From Eledone cirrhosa (taxonomy: Eukaryota): a stretch of 64,000 bases of DNA. The stretch is taken from positions 16,926,001-16,990,000 of the forward strand of contig OZ024740.1 in assembly GCA_964016885.1 (NCBI GenBank). Reading direction: 5' to 3'. This document shows positions 15,201-33,300 of the stretch, one piece after another (the stretch's first letter is position 1; every line of letters begins with the position of its first letter). The notes beneath the pieces were generated by a model. That model did not search any database, was not told the origin of the DNA, and saw only the letters and a program-made list of their open reading frames with translations. The position numbers and the translations under genes were made by a program.

Positions 15201-18200
15201 AAACACTACCACTAGAGTAAACACTACCACTACAGTAACCACTACCACTAAAGTAACCACTAGCACTACAGTAACCACTACCACTACTGTAACCACTACC
15301 ACTACAGTAACCACTACCACTACAGTAACCACTACCACTACAGTAACCACTACCACTACAGTAACCACTACCACTACTGTAACCACTACCACTACTGTAA
15401 CCACTACCACTACTGTAACCACTACCACTACAGTAACCACTACCACTACAGTAACTACTACCACTACAGTAACCACTACTGTAACCACTACCACTACAGT
15501 AACCACTACTGTAACCACTACCACTACAGTAAACACTACCACAACAGTAACCACTACCACTACTGTAACCACTACCACTACAGTAACCACTACCACTACA
15601 GTAACCACTACCACTACAGTAACTACTACCACTACAGTAACCACTACTGTAACCACTACCACTACAGTAACCACTACTGTAACCACTACCACTACAGTAA
15701 CTACTACCACTACAGTAACTACTACCACTACAGTAACCACTACTGTAACCACTACCACTACAGTAAACACTACCACTACAGTAACCACTACCACTACTGT
15801 AACCACTACCACTACAGTAACCACTACCACTACAGTAACCACAACTGTAACCACTACCACTACAGTAACCACTACTGTAACCACTACCACTACAGTAAAC
15901 ACTACCACTACAGTAACCACTACCACTACTTTAACCACTACCACTATAGTAACCAATACCACTACAGTAACCACTACTGAAACCAATACCACTACAGTAA
16001 CCACTACCACTACAGTAACCACTACCACTACAGTAACCACTACAACTACAGTAACCACTACCACTACTGTAACCACTACCACTACAGTAAACACTACCAC
16101 TACAGTAACCACTACCACTAAAGTAACCACTACCACTACAGTAACCACTACCACTACTGTAACCATTACCACTACAGTAACCACTACCACTACAGTAACC
16201 ACTACCACTACAGTAACCACTACCACTACAGTAACCACTATCACTACAGTAACCACTACCACTACTGTAACCCCACTACCACTACTGTAACCACTACCAC
16301 TACTATAACCACTACCACTACAGTAACCACTACCACTACAGTAACTACTACCACTACAGTAACCACTACTGTAACCACTACCACTACAGTAACCACTACC
16401 AAAACAGTAACCACTACCGTTACAGTAACCACTACTACTACTGTAACCACTACCAATACAGTAACCACTACCACTACAGTAACCACTACCACTACAGTAA
16501 CCACTACTACTAGAGTAACCACTACCACTACAGTAACCACTACCACTACAGTAACCACTACCAATACAGTAATCACTACCACTACAGTAACCACTACCAC
16601 TGCAGTAACCACTACCACTGCAGTAACCACTACCACTACAGTAACCTCTACCACTACTGTAACCACTACCACTACAGTAAGCACTACCACTACAGTAACC
16701 ACTAACACTAGTGTAACCACTACCACTACAGTAACCACTACCACTACTGTAACCAATACCACTACAGTAACCACTACCACTACAGTAACCACTACCACTA
16801 CTGTAACCACTACCACTACAGTAACCACTACCACTACTGTAACCACTACTACTACTGTAACCACTACCACTACAGTAACCACTACCACTACAGTAACCAC
16901 TACCACTACTATAACCACTACCACTACAGTAACCACTACCACTACAGTAACCACTACCATTACTGTAACCTCTACAGTAACCACTACCACTACAGTAACC
17001 ACTACCACTACAGTAACCACTACCACTACTGTAAACACTACCACTACAGTAACCACTAGCACTACAATAACCACTACCACTACAGTAACCACTACCACTA
17101 CTGTAACCACTACCACTACAGTAACCACTACCACTACAGTAACCACTACCACTACTGTAACCACTACCACTACAGTAACCACTACCACTACTGTAAACAC
17201 TACCACTAGAGTAACCACTACCACTACAGTAACCACTACCACTACAGTAACCACTACCACTACAATAAACCCTACCACTACTGTAACCACAACCACTACA
17301 GTAACCACTACCACTACTGTAACCACTACCACTACAGTAACCACTACCACTACAGTAACCAATACCACTACAATTACCACTACCACTACTGTAACCACTA
17401 CCACTACTGTAACCACTACAGTAACCACTACCACTACAGTAACCACTACCACTACAGTAACCACTACCGTTACAGTAACCACTAGCACTACTGTAACCAC
17501 TACCACTACTGTAGCCACTACCACTGCAGTAACCACTACCACTACAGTAACCACTACCACTACATTAACCACTATCACTACAGTAACCACTACAGTAACC
17601 ACTACCACTACAGTAACCACTACCACTACAATAACCACTACCACTACAGTAACCACTACCACTAGAGTAACCACTACCACTACTGTAACCACTACTACTA
17701 CTGTAACCACTACCAAAACAGTAACCACTACCACTACAGTAACCACTACCACTACTGTAACCACTACCACTACAGTAACCACTACCACTACAATATCCAC
17801 TACCACTACAGTAACCACTACCACTACTGTAACCACTACCACTACAGTAACCACTACCACTACTGTAACCACTACCCCTACATTAACCACTACCACTACA
17901 GTAACCACTACCACTATTGTAACCACTACCACTACAGTAACCACTACCTCTACAATAAACCCTACCACTACTGTAACCACTACCACTACAGTAACCACTA
18001 CCACTACTGTAACCACTGCCACTACAGTAACCACTAATACTACAATAACCACTACAGTAACCTCTACTGTAACCACTACCACTACAGTAACCACTACCTC
18101 TACAATAACCGCTACCACTACTGTAACCACTACCACTACAGTAACCACTACAGTAACCACTACCTCTACAATAACCACTACCACTACCGTAACCACTACC

Positions 18201-21200
18201 ACTATTGTAACCACTACCACTACAGTAACCACTACCACTATTGTAACCACTACCACTACAGTAACCACTACCACCACTATAACCACTACCAATACAGTAA
18301 CCACTACCACTACAGTAACCACTACCACTACAGTAACCACTACCTCTACTGTAAACACTACTACTACAGTAACTACTACCACTACTGTAACCACTACCAA
18401 TACTGTAACCACTACCACTACAGTAACCACTACCACTACTGTAACCACTACCACTACTGTAATCACTACCACTACTGTAACCACTACCACTACAGTAACC
18501 ACTACCACTACAGTAACCACTACCACTACTGTAACCACTACCACTACAGTAACCACTACCACTACTGTAACCACTACCACTACAATAACCACTACCACTA
18601 CAGTAACCACTACTACTACAGTAACTACTACCACTACAGTAACCACTACCACTACTGTAACCACTACTACTACTGTAACCACTACCACTACAGTAACCAC
18701 TACCACTACAGTAACCACTACCACTACTGTAACCACTACCACTACAGTAACCACTACCACTACATTAACCACTACCATTACTGTAACCACTACAGTAACC
18801 ACTACCACTACAGTAACCACTACCACTACAGTAACCACTACCACTACTGAAACCACTGCCACTACAGTAACCACTACCACTACAGTAACCACTACCACTA
18901 CAGACACCACTACTACTACTGTAACCACTACCACTACAGTAACCACTACCACTACAGTAACCACTACTACTACTGTAACCATTACTACTACTGTAACCAC
19001 TACCACTACAGTAAACACTACCACTACAGTAACCACTACCACTACAGTAACCACTAGCACTACAATAACCACTACTACTACAGTAACCACTACCTCTACT
19101 GTAACCACTACCACTACAGTAACCACTACCACTACAGTAACCACTACCACTACTGTAACCACTACCACTACAGTAACCACTACCACTACTGTAAACACTA
19201 CCACTACAGTAACCACTACCACTACAGTAACCACTACCACTACTGTAACCACTACCACTACAGTAACCACTACCTCTACAACAAACACTACCACTACTGT
19301 AACCACAACCACTACAGTAACCACTACCACTACTGTAACCACTACCACTACAGTAACCACTACCACTACAGTAACCACTACCACTACAATTACCACTACC
19401 ACTACTGTAACCACTACCACTACTGTAACCACTACAGTAACCACTACCACTACAGTAACCACTACCACTACAGTAACCACTACCGTTACAGTAACCACTA
19501 GCACTACTGTAACCACTACCACTACTGTAACCACTACCACTGCAGTAACCACTACCACTACAGTAACCACTACCACCACATTAACCACTACCACTACAGT
19601 AACCACTACCACTACAGTAACCACTACTGTAACCACTACTACTACTGTAACCACTACCACTACAGTAACCACTACCACTACAGTAACCACTACCACTACA
19701 ATAACCACTACCACTACAGTAACCACTACCACTACAGTAACCACTACTGTAACCACTACTACTACTGTAGCCACTACCACTACAGTAACCAATACCACTA
19801 CAGTAACCACTACCACTACTGTAATCACTACCACTACAGTAACCACTACCACTACAATATCCACTACCACTACAGTAACCACTACCACTACTGTAACCAC
19901 TACCACTACAGTAACCACTACCACTACAGTAACCACTACCACTACTGTAACCACTACCAGTACAGTAACCACTACCACTACTGTAACCACTACCCCTACA
20001 TTAACCACTACCACTACAGTAACCACTACCACTACTGTAACCACTACCACTACAGTAACCACTACCTCTACAATAAACCCTACCACTACTGTAACCACTA
20101 CCACTACAGTAACCACTACCACTACTGTAACCACTACCACTACAGTAACCACTACCACTACAGTAACCACTACTGTAACCACTACCACTACAGTAACCAC
20201 TACCTCTACAATAACCCCTACCACTACTGTAACCACTACCACTACAGTAACCACTACCACTACAGTAACCACTACCTCTACAATAACCACTACCACTACC
20301 GTAACCACTACCACTATTGTAACTACTACCACTACAGTAACCACTACTGTAACCACTACCACTACTGTAACCACTACCACTACAGTAACCACTACCACCA
20401 CTATAACCACTACCAATACAGTAACCACTACCACTACAGTAACCACTACCACTACTGTAACCACTACCACTACAGTAACCACTACCACCACTATAACCAC
20501 TACCAATACAGTAACCACTACCACTACAGTAACCACTACCACTACAGTAAAATCTACTACTACAGTAACTACTACCACTACTGTAACCACTACCAATACT
20601 GTAACCACTACCATTACAGTAACCACTACCACTACAGTAACCACTACCACTACTGTAACCACTACCACTACTGTAACCACTACCACTACTGTAACCACTA
20701 CCACTACAATAACCACTACCACTACAGTAACCACTACTACTACAGTAACTACTACCACTACAGTAACCACTACTGTAACCACTACCACTACTGTAACCAC
20801 TACCACTACAGTAACCACTAACACTACTGTAACTACTACCACTACAGTAACCACTACCACTACTGTAACCACTACAATTACAGTAACCACTACCACTACA
20901 GTAACCACTACCACTACTGTAACTACTACCACTACAGTAACCACTACCACTACTGTAACCACTACCACTACAGTTACCACTACTGTAACCACTACCACTA
21001 CAGAAACCACTACCACTACTGTAACCACTACCACTACTGTACCCACTGACACTACAGTAACCACTACCACTACAGTAACCACTACCACTACAGTAACCAC
21101 TACCACTACTGTAACCACTACCACTACAGTAACCACTACCACTACAGTAACCACTACCACTACTGTAACCACTACCACTACAGTAACCACTACCACTACA

Positions 21201-24200
21201 GTAACCACTACCACTACAGTAACCACTACCACTACTGTAACCACTACCACTACAGTAACCACTACCACTACAGGAACCACTACCACTACTGTAACCACTA
21301 CCACTACTGTACCCACTGACACTACAGTAACCACTACCACTACAGTAACCACTACCACTACAGTAACCACTACCACTACTGTAACCACTACCACTACAGT
21401 AACCACTACCACTACAGTAACCACTACCACTACTGTAACCACTACCACTACAGTAACCACTACCACTACAGTAACCACTACCACTACAGTAACCACTACC
21501 ACTACTGTAACCACTACCACTACAGTAACCACTACCACTACTGTAACCACTACCACTCCAGTAACCACTACCACTCCAGTAACCACTACCACTACTGTAA
21601 CCACTACCACTACAATAACCACTACCACTACAGTAACCACTACTACTACAGTAACTACTACCACTACAGTAACCACTACTGTAACCACTACCACTACAGT
21701 AACCACTACCACTACAGTACCCACTACCACTACAGTAACCACTACCACTACAGTACCCACTACCACTACAGTAACCACTACCACTACTGTTACGACTACC
21801 ACTACTGTAACCACTGCCACTACAGTAACCACTACCACTATTACAGTAACCACTACCACAACTGTAACCACTACCACTACAGTAAGCAGTACCGTTACAG
21901 TAACCACTACCACTACTGTAACCACTACCACTACTGTAACCACTACCACTACTGTAACCACTATCGCTACAGTAACCACTACCACTACAGTAACCACTAC
22001 CACTACTGTAACCACTACTACTACTGAAACCACTACCACCACAGTTATTACTACCACTACAGTTACCACTACCACTACTGTAACTACTACCACTACAGTA
22101 ACCACTACCTCTACAGTTACCACTACCACTACAGTTACCACTACCACTACTGTAACTACTACCACTACAGTAACCACTACCACTACAACTACAGTAACCA
22201 CTACCACTACAGTTACCACTAACACTACTGTAACTACTACCACGACAGTTACCACTACCACTACTGTAACCACTGCCACTACAGTAACCACTACCACTAC
22301 AACTACAGTAACCACTACCACTACAGTTACCACTACTACTACTGTAACGACTACTACTACTACAGTAACCACTACAGTAACCACTACTACTACTGTAACC
22401 ACTACCACTACAGTACCACTACCACTACAGTAACCACTACCACTACTCTAACCACTACCATTACTCTAACCACTACCTCTACAATAAAACCTACCACTAC
22501 TGTAACCACTACCACTACAGTACCACTACCACTACAGTAACCACTACCACTACTGTAACCACTACCATTACTCTAACCACTACCTCTACAATAAAACCTA
22601 CCACTACTGTAACCACTACCACTACAGTAACCACTACCACGACTGTAACCACTACAACCACAGTAACCACAGTAACCACTACCACTACTGTAACCTCTAC
22701 CACTATTGTAACCACTACCACTACAGTAACAACTACCACCACTATAACCAGTACCAATACAGTAACCACTACCACTACAGTAACCACTACAGTAACCACT
22801 ACTACTACAGTAACTATTACCACTACAGTAACCACTACCACTACTGTAACCGATACCACTACAGTAACCACTACCACTACAGTAACCACTACCACTATAA
22901 TAACCACTACCACCTCAGTAACCACTACCACTACAGTAACCACTACTGTAACCACTACCACTACTGTAATCACTACCACTACTGTAACCACTACCACTAC
23001 AGTAACCACTACCACTACAGTAACCACTACCACTATAATAACCACTACCACCTCAGTAACCACTACCACTACAGTAACCACTACTGTAACCACTACCACT
23101 ACTGTAATCACTACCACTACTGTAACCACTACCACTACAGTAACCACTACCACTACAGTAACCACTACCACTATAATAACCACTACCACCTCAGTAACCA
23201 CTACCACTACAGTAACCACTACTGTAACCACTACCACTACTGTAACTACAACCACTACAGTAACCACTACCACTACTGTAACGACTACCACTACAATAAC
23301 CACTACCACTACTGTAACCACTACCACTACAGTAACCACTACCACTACAGTAACCACTACCACTATAATAACCACTACCACCTCAGTAACCACTACCACT
23401 ACAGTAACCACTACCACTACTGTAACCACTACCACTACAGTAACCACTACCTCTACAATAAACCCTACCACTACTGTAACCATTACCACTACAGTAACCA
23501 CTACCACTACTGTAACCACTACCACTACAGTAACCACTACCACTACAGTAACCACTACTGTAACCACTACCACTACAGTAACCACTACCTCTACAATAAC
23601 CCCTACCACTACTGTAACCACTACCATTACAGTAACCACTACCACTACAGTAACCACTACCTCTACAATAACCACTACCACTACCGTAACCACTACCACT
23701 ATTGTAACTACTACCACTACAGTAACCACTACTGTAACCACTACCACTACTGTAACCACTACCACTACAGTAACCACTACCACCACTATAACCACTACCA
23801 ATACAGTAACCACTACCACTACAGTAACCACTACCACTACAGTAACCACTACCACTACAGTAAAATCTACTACTACAGTAACTACTACCACTACTGTAAC
23901 CACTACCAATACTGTAACCACTACCATTACAGTAACCACTACCACTACAGTAACCACTACCACTACTGTAACCACTACCACTACTGTAACCACTACCACT
24001 ACTGTAACCACTACCACTACAATAACCACTACCACTACAGTAACCACTACTACTACAGTAACTACTACCACTACAGTAACCACTACTGTAACCACTACCA
24101 CTACTGTAACCACTACCACTACAGTAACCACTACCACTACTGTAACTACTACCACTACAGTAACCACTACCACTACTGTAACCACTACAATTACAGTAAC

Positions 24201-27200
24201 CACTACCACTACAGTAACCACTACGACTACTGTAACTACTACCACTACAGTAACCACTACCACTACTGTAACCACTACCACTACAGTTACCACTACTGTA
24301 ACCACTACCACTACAGAAACCACTACCACTACTGTAACCACTACCACTACTGTACCTACTGACACTACAGTAACCACTACCACTACAGTAACCACTACCA
24401 CTACAGTAACCACTACCACTACTGTAACCACTACCACTACAGTAACCACTACCACTACAATAACCACTACCACTACTGTAACCACTACCACTACAGTAAC
24501 CACTACCACTACAGTAACCACTACCACTACAGTAACCACTACCACTACTGTAACCACTACCACTACAGTAACCACTACCACTACAGGAACCACTACCACT
24601 ACTGTAACCACTACCACTACTGTACCCACTGACACTACAGTAACCACTACCACTACAGTAACCACTACCACTACAGTAACCACTACCACTACTGTAACCA
24701 CTACCACTACAGTAACCACTACCACTACAGTAACCACTACCACTACAGTAACCACTACCACTACAGTAACCACTACCACTACAGTAACCACTACCACTAC
24801 TGTAACCACTACCACTACAGTAACCACTACCACTACTGTAACCACTACCACTCCAGTAACCACTACCACTCCAGTAACCACTACCACTACTGTAACCACT
24901 ACCACTACAATAACCACTACCACTACAGTAACCACTACTACTACAGTAACTACTACCACTACAGTAACCACTACTGTAACCACTACCACTACAGTAACCA
25001 CTACCACTACAGTACCCACTACCACTACAGTAACCACTACCACTACAGTACCCACTACCACTACAGTAACCACTACCACTACTGTTACGACTACCACTAC
25101 TGTAACCACTGCCACTACAGTAACCACTACCACTATTACAGTAACCACTACCACAACTGTAACCACTACCACTACAGTAAGCAGTACCGTTACAGTAACC
25201 ACTACCACTACTGTAACCACTACCACTACTGTAACCACTACCACTACTGTAACCACTATCGCTACAGTAACCACTACCACTACAGTAACCACTACCACTA
25301 CTGTAACAACTACTACTACTGAAACCACTACCACCACAGTTATTACTACCACTACAGTTACCACTACCACTACTGTAACTACTACCACTACAGTAACCAC
25401 TACCTCTACAGTTACCACTACCACTACAGTTACCACTACCACTACTGTAACTACTACCACTACAGTAACCACTACCACTACAACTACAGTAACCACTACC
25501 ACTACAGTTACCACTAACACTACTGTAACTACTACCACGACAGTTACCACTACCACTACTGTAACCACTGCCACTACAGTAACCACTACCACTACAACTA
25601 CAGTAACCACTACCACTACAGTTACCACTACTACTACTGTAACGACTACTACTACTACAGTAACCACTACAGTAACCACTACTACTACTGTAACCACTAC
25701 CACTACAGTACCACTACCACTACAGTAACCACTACCACTACTCTAACCACTACCATTACTCTAACCACTACCTCTACAATAAAACCTACCACTACTGTAA
25801 CCACTACCACTACAGTACCACTACCACTACAGTAACCACTACCACTACTGTAACCACTACCATTACTCTAACCACTACCTCTACAATAAAACCTACCACT
25901 ACTGTAACCACTACCACTACAGTAACCACTACCACGACTGTAACCACTACAACCACAGTAACCACTACCACTACTGTAACCTCTACCACTATTGTAACCA
26001 CTACCACTACAGTAACAACTACCACCACTATAACCAGTACCAATACAGTAACCACTACCACTACAGTAACCACTACAGTAACCACTACTACTACAGTAAC
26101 TATTACCACTACAGTAACCACTACCACTACTGTAACCGCTACCACTACAGTAACCACTACCACTACAGTAACCACTACCACTATAATAACCACTACCACC
26201 TCAGTAACCACTACCACTACAGTAACCACTACTGTAACCACTACCACTACTGTAATCACTACCACTACTGTAACCACTACCACTACAGTAACCACTACCA
26301 CTACAGTAACCACTACCACTATAATAACCACTACCACCTCTGTAACCACTACCACTACAGTAACCACTACAGTAACCACTACAACCACAGTAACCACTAC
26401 CACTACTGTAACCTCTACCACTATTGTAACCACTACCACTACAGTAACAACTACCACCACTATAACCAGTACCAATACAGTAACCACTACCACTACAGTA
26501 ACCACTACAGTAACCACTACCACTACTGTAACGACTACCACTACAATAACCACTACCACTACTGTAACCACTACCACTACAGTAACCACTACCACTACAG
26601 TAACCACTACCACTATAATAACCACTACCACCTCAGTAACCACTACCACTACAGTAACCACTACCACTACTGTAACCACTACCACTCCAGTAACCACTAC
26701 CACTCCAGTAACCACTACCACTACTGTAACCACTACCACTACAGTAACCACTACCACTACTGTAACCACTACCACTACAATAACCACTACCACTACAGTA
26801 ACCACTACTGTAACCACTACCACTACAGTAACCACTACCACTACTGTAACCACTACCACTACTGTAATCACTACCACAACTGTAACCACTACCACTACAG
26901 TAACCACTACCACTACAGTAACCACTACCACTACTGTAACCACTACCACTACAGTAACCACTACCACTACTGTAACCACTACCACTACTGTAACCACTAC
27001 CACTACAGTAACCACTAACACTACTGTAACTACTACCACTACAGTAACCACTACCACTACTGTAACCACTACAATTACAGTAACCACTACCACTACAGTA
27101 ACCACTACCACTACCGTAACTACTACCACTACAGTAACCACTACCACTACTGTAACCACTACCACTACAGTTACCACTACTGTAACCACTACCACTACAG

Positions 27201-27479
27201 AAACCACTACCACTACTGTAACCACTACCACTACTGTACCCACTGACACTACAGTAACCACTACCACTACAGTAACCACTACCACTACAGTAACCACTAC
27301 CACTACTGTAACCACTACTGTAACCACTACCACTACAGTAACCACTACCACTACTGTAACCACTACCACTACAACAAACACTACCACTACTGTAACCACA
27401 ACCACTACAGTAACCACTACCACTACTGTAACCACTACCACTACAGTAACCACTACCACTACAGTAACCACTACCACTA

Positions 27480-30400
27480 CAATTACCACTACCACTACTG
27501 TAACCACTACCACTACTGTAACCACTACAGTAACCACTACCACTACAGTAACCACTACCACTACAGTAACCACTACCGTTACAGTAACCACTAGCACTAC
27601 TGTAACCACTACCACTACTGTAACCACTACCACTGCAGTAACCACTACCACTACAGTAACCACTACCACTACATTAACCAATATCACTACAGTAACCACT
27701 ACAGTAACCACTACCACTACAGTAACCACTACCACTACAATAACCACTACCACTACAGTAACCACTACCACTACTGTAATCACTACCACTACAGTAACCA
27801 CTACCACTATAATATCCACTACCACTACAGTAACCACTACCACTACTGTAACCACTACCACTACAGTAACCACTACCACTACAGTAACCACTACCACTAC
27901 TGTAACCACTACCACTACAGTAACCACTACCACTACTGTAACCACTACCCCTACATTAACCACTACCACTACAGTAACCACTACCACTACTGTAACCACT
28001 ACCACTACAGTAACCACTAACTCTACAATAAACCCTACCACTACTGTAACCACTACCACTACAGTAAGCACTACCACTACTGTAACCACTACCACTACAG
28101 TAACCACTACCACTACAGTAACCACTACTGTAACCACTACCACTACAGTAACCACTACCTCTACAATAACCACTACCACTACCGGAACCACTACCACTAT
28201 TGTAACTACTACCACTACAGTAACCACTACTGTAGCCACTACCACAACTGTAACCACTACCACTACAGTAACCACTACCACCACTATAACCACTACCAAT
28301 ACAGTAACCACTACCACTACAGTAACCACTACCACTACAGTAACCACTACCAATACTGTAACCACTACCACTACAGTAACCATTACCACTACTGTAACCA
28401 CTACCACTACTGTAATCACTACCACTACTGTAACCACTACCACTACAGTAACCACTACCACTACTGTAACCACTAGCACTACAGTAACCACTACCACTAC
28501 TGTAACCACTACCACTACAATAACCACTACCACTACAGTAACCACTACTACTACAGTAACTACTACCACTACAGTAACCACTACTGTAACCTCTACCACT
28601 AATGTAACCACTACCACTACAGTAACCACTAACACTACTGTAACTACTACCACTACAGTAACCACTACCACTACTGTAACCACTACAATTACAGTAACCA
28701 CTACCACTACAGTAACCACTACCACTACTGTAACTACTACCACTACAGTAACCACTACCACTACTGTAACCACTACCACTACAGTTACCACTACTGTAAC
28801 CACTACCACTACAGAAACCACTACCACTACTGTAACCACTACCACTACTGTACCCACTGACACTACAGTAACCACTACCACTACAGTAACCACTACCACT
28901 ACAGTAACCACTACCACTACTGTAACTACTACCACTACAGTAACCACTACCACTACAGTAACCACTACCACTACTGTAACCACTACCACTACAGTAACCA
29001 CTACCACTACAGTAACCACTACCACTACAGTAACCACTACCACTACTGTAACCACTACCACTACAGTAACCACTACCACTACAGGAACCACTACCACTAC
29101 TGTAACCACTACCACTACTGTACCCACTGACACTACAGTAACCACTACCACTACAGTAACCACTACCACTACCGTAACCACTACCACTACTGTAACCACT
29201 ACCACTACAGTAACCACTACCACTACTGTAACCACTACCACTACAATAACCACTACCACTACAGTAACCACTACCACTACTGTAACCACTACCACTACAA
29301 TAACCACTACCATTACAGTAACCACTACCACTACAGTAACCACTACCACTACAGTAACCACTACCACTACTGTAACCACTACCACTCCAGTAACCACTAC
29401 CACTCCAGTAACCACTACCACTACTGTAACCACTACCACTACAGTAACCACTACCACTACTGTAACCACTACCACTACAATAACCACTACCACTACAGTA
29501 ACCACTACTACTACAGTAACTACTACCACTACAGTAACCACTACTGTAACCACTACCACTACAGTAACCACTACCACTACAGTACCCACTACCACTACAG
29601 TAACCACTACCACTACAGTACCCACTACCACTACAGTAACCACTACCACTACTGTTACGACTACCACTACTGTAACCACTGCCACTACAGTAACCACTAC
29701 CACTATTACAGTAACCACTACCACAACTGTAACCACTACCACTACAGTAAGCAGTACCGTTACAGTAACCACTACCACTTCTGTAACCACTGCAACTACA
29801 GTAACCACTACCACTACATTAACCACTACCACTCCAGTAACCACTAGCAGTACAGTAACCACTACCACTACAGTAACCACTACCACTACATTAACCACTA
29901 CTACTCCAGTAACCACTACCACTACAGTAACCACTACCACTACAGTAACCACTACCACTACTGTAACCACTACCACTACTGTAACCACTACCGCTACAGT
30001 AACCACTACCACTACAGTAACCACTACCACTACTGTAACCACTACTACTACTGAAACCACTACCACCACAGTAACCACTACCACTACAGTAACCACTACC
30101 ACTACTGTAACCACTACCACTCCAGTAACCACTACCACTACTGTAACCACTACCACTACAGTAACCACTACCACTACTGTAACCACTACCACTACAATAA
30201 CCACTACCACTACAGTAACCACTACTGTAACCACTACCACTACAGTAACCACTACCACTACTGTAACCACTACCACTACTGTAATCACTACCACAACTGT
30301 AACCACTACCACTAGAGTAACCACTACCACTACAGTAACCACTACCACTACTGTAACCACTACCACTACAGTAACCACTACCACTACTGTAACCACTACC

Positions 30401-33300
30401 ACTACTGTAACCACTACCACTACAGTAACCACTAACACTACTGTAACTACTACCACTACAGTAACCACTACCACTACTGTAACCACTACAATTACAGTAA
30501 CCACTACCACTACAGTAACCACTACCACTACCGTAACTACTACCACTACAGTAACCACTACCACTACTGTAACCACTACCACTACAGTTACCACTACTGT
30601 AACCACTACCACTACAGAAACCACTACCACTACTGTAACCACTACCACTACTGTACCCACTGACACTACAGTAACCACTACCACTACAGTAACCACTACC
30701 ACTACAGTAACCACTACCACTACAATTACCACTACCACTACTGTAACCACTACCACTACTGTAACCACTACAGTAACCACTACCACTACAGTAACCACTA
30801 CCACTACAGTAACCACTACCGTTACAGTAACCACTAGCACTACTGTAACCACTACCACTACTGTAACCACTACCACTGCAGTAACCACTACCACTACAGT
30901 AACCACTACCACTACATTAACCAATATCACTACAGTTACCACTACAGTAACCACTACCACTACAGTAACCACTACCACTACAATAACCACTACCACTACA
31001 GTAACCACTACCACTACTGTAATCACTACCACTACAGTAACCACTACCACTATAATATCCACTACCACTACAGTAACCACTACCACTACTGTAACCACTA
31101 CCACTACAGTAACCACTACCACTACAGTAACCACTACCACTACTGTAACCACTACCACTACAGTAACCACTACCACTACTGTAACCACTACCCCTACATT
31201 AACCACTACCACTACAGTAACCACTACCACTACTGTAACCACTACCACTACAGTAACCACTAACTCTACAATAAACCCTACCACTACTGTAACCACTACC
31301 ACTACAGTAAGCACTACCACTACTGTAACCACTACCACTACAGTAACCACTACCACTACAGTAACCACTACTGTAACCACTACCACTACAGTAACCACTA
31401 CCTCTACAATAACCACTACCACTACCGGAACCACTACCACTATTGTAACTACTACCACTACAGTAACCACTACTGTAGCCACTACCACAACTGTAACCAC
31501 TACCACTACAGTAACCACTACCACCACTATAACCACTACCAATACAGTAACCACTACCACTACAGTAACCACTACCACTACAGTAACCACTACCAATACT
31601 GTAACCACTACCACTACAGTAACCATTACCACTACTGTAACCACTACCACTACTGTAATCACTACCACTACTGTAACCACTACCACTACAGTAACCACTA
31701 CCACTACTGTAACCACTAGCACTACAGTAACCACTACCACTACTGTAACCACTACCACTACAATAACCACTACCACTACAGTAACCACTACTACTACAGT
31801 AACTACTACCACTACAGTAACCACTACTGTAACCTCTACCACTAATGTAACCACTACCACTACAGTAACCACTAACACTACTGTAACTACTACCACTACA
31901 GTAACCACTACCACTACTGTAACCACTACAATTACAGTAACCACTACCACTACAGTAACCACTACCACTACTGTAACTACTACCACTACAGTAACCACTA
32001 CCACTACTGTAACCACTACCACTACAGTTACCACTACTGTAACCACTACCACTACAGAAACCACTACCACTACTGTAACCACTACCACTACTGTACCCAC
32101 TGACACTACAGTAACCACTACCACTACAGTAACCACTACCACTACAGTAACCACTACCACTACTGTAACTACTACCACTACAGTAACCACTACCACTACA
32201 GTAACCACTACCACTACTGTAACCACTACCACTACAGTAACCACTACCACTACAGTAACCACTACCACTACAGTAACCACTACCACTACTGTAACCACTA
32301 CCACTACAGTAACCACTACCACTACAGGAACCACTACCACTACTGTAACCACTACCACTACTGTACCCACTGACACTACAGTAACCACTACCACTACAGT
32401 AACCACTACCACTACCGTAACCACTACCACTACTGTAACCACTACCACTACAGTAACCACTACCACTACTGTAACCACTACCACTACAATAACCACTACC
32501 ACTACAGTAACCACTACCACTACTGTAACCACTACCACTACAATAACCACTACCATTACAGTAACCACTACCACTACAGTAACCACTACCACTACAGTAA
32601 CCACTACCACTACTGTAACCACTACCACTCCAGTAACCACTACCACTCCAGTAACCACTACCACTACTGTAACCACTACCACTACAGTAACCACTACCAC
32701 TACTGTAACCACTACCACTACAATAACCACTACCACTACAGTAACCACTACTACTACAGTAACTACTACCACTACAGTAACCACTACTGTAACCACTACC
32801 ACTACAGTAACCACTACCACTACAGTACCCACTACCACTACAGTAACCACTACCACTACAGTACCCACTACCACTACAGTAACCACTACCACTACTGTTA
32901 CGACTACCACTACTGTAACCACTGCCACTACAGTAACCACTACCACTATTACAGTAACCACTACCACAACTGTAACCACTACCACTACAGTAAGCAGTAC
33001 CGTTACAGTAACCACTACCACTTCTGTAACCACTGCAACTACAGTAACCACTACCACTACATTAACCACTACCACTCCAGTAACCACTAGCAGTACAGTA
33101 ACCACTACCACTACAGTAACCACTACCACTACATTAACCACTACTACTCCAGTAACCACTACCACTACAGTAACCACTACCACTACAGTAACCACTACCA
33201 CTACTGTAACCACTACCACTACTGTAACCACTACCGCTACAGTAACCACTACCACTACAGTAACCACTACCACTACTGTAACCACTACTACTACTGAAAC
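27480..33300. repeat. Higher-order tandem duplication with 3,243-bp offset
   Basis: Rare variant accggaacc at 28,181 and 31,424 (offset 3,243). taactctacaataaaccc and gtaagcagtaccgtt recur at the same offset. Boundaries approximate. Confidence 0.88.
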
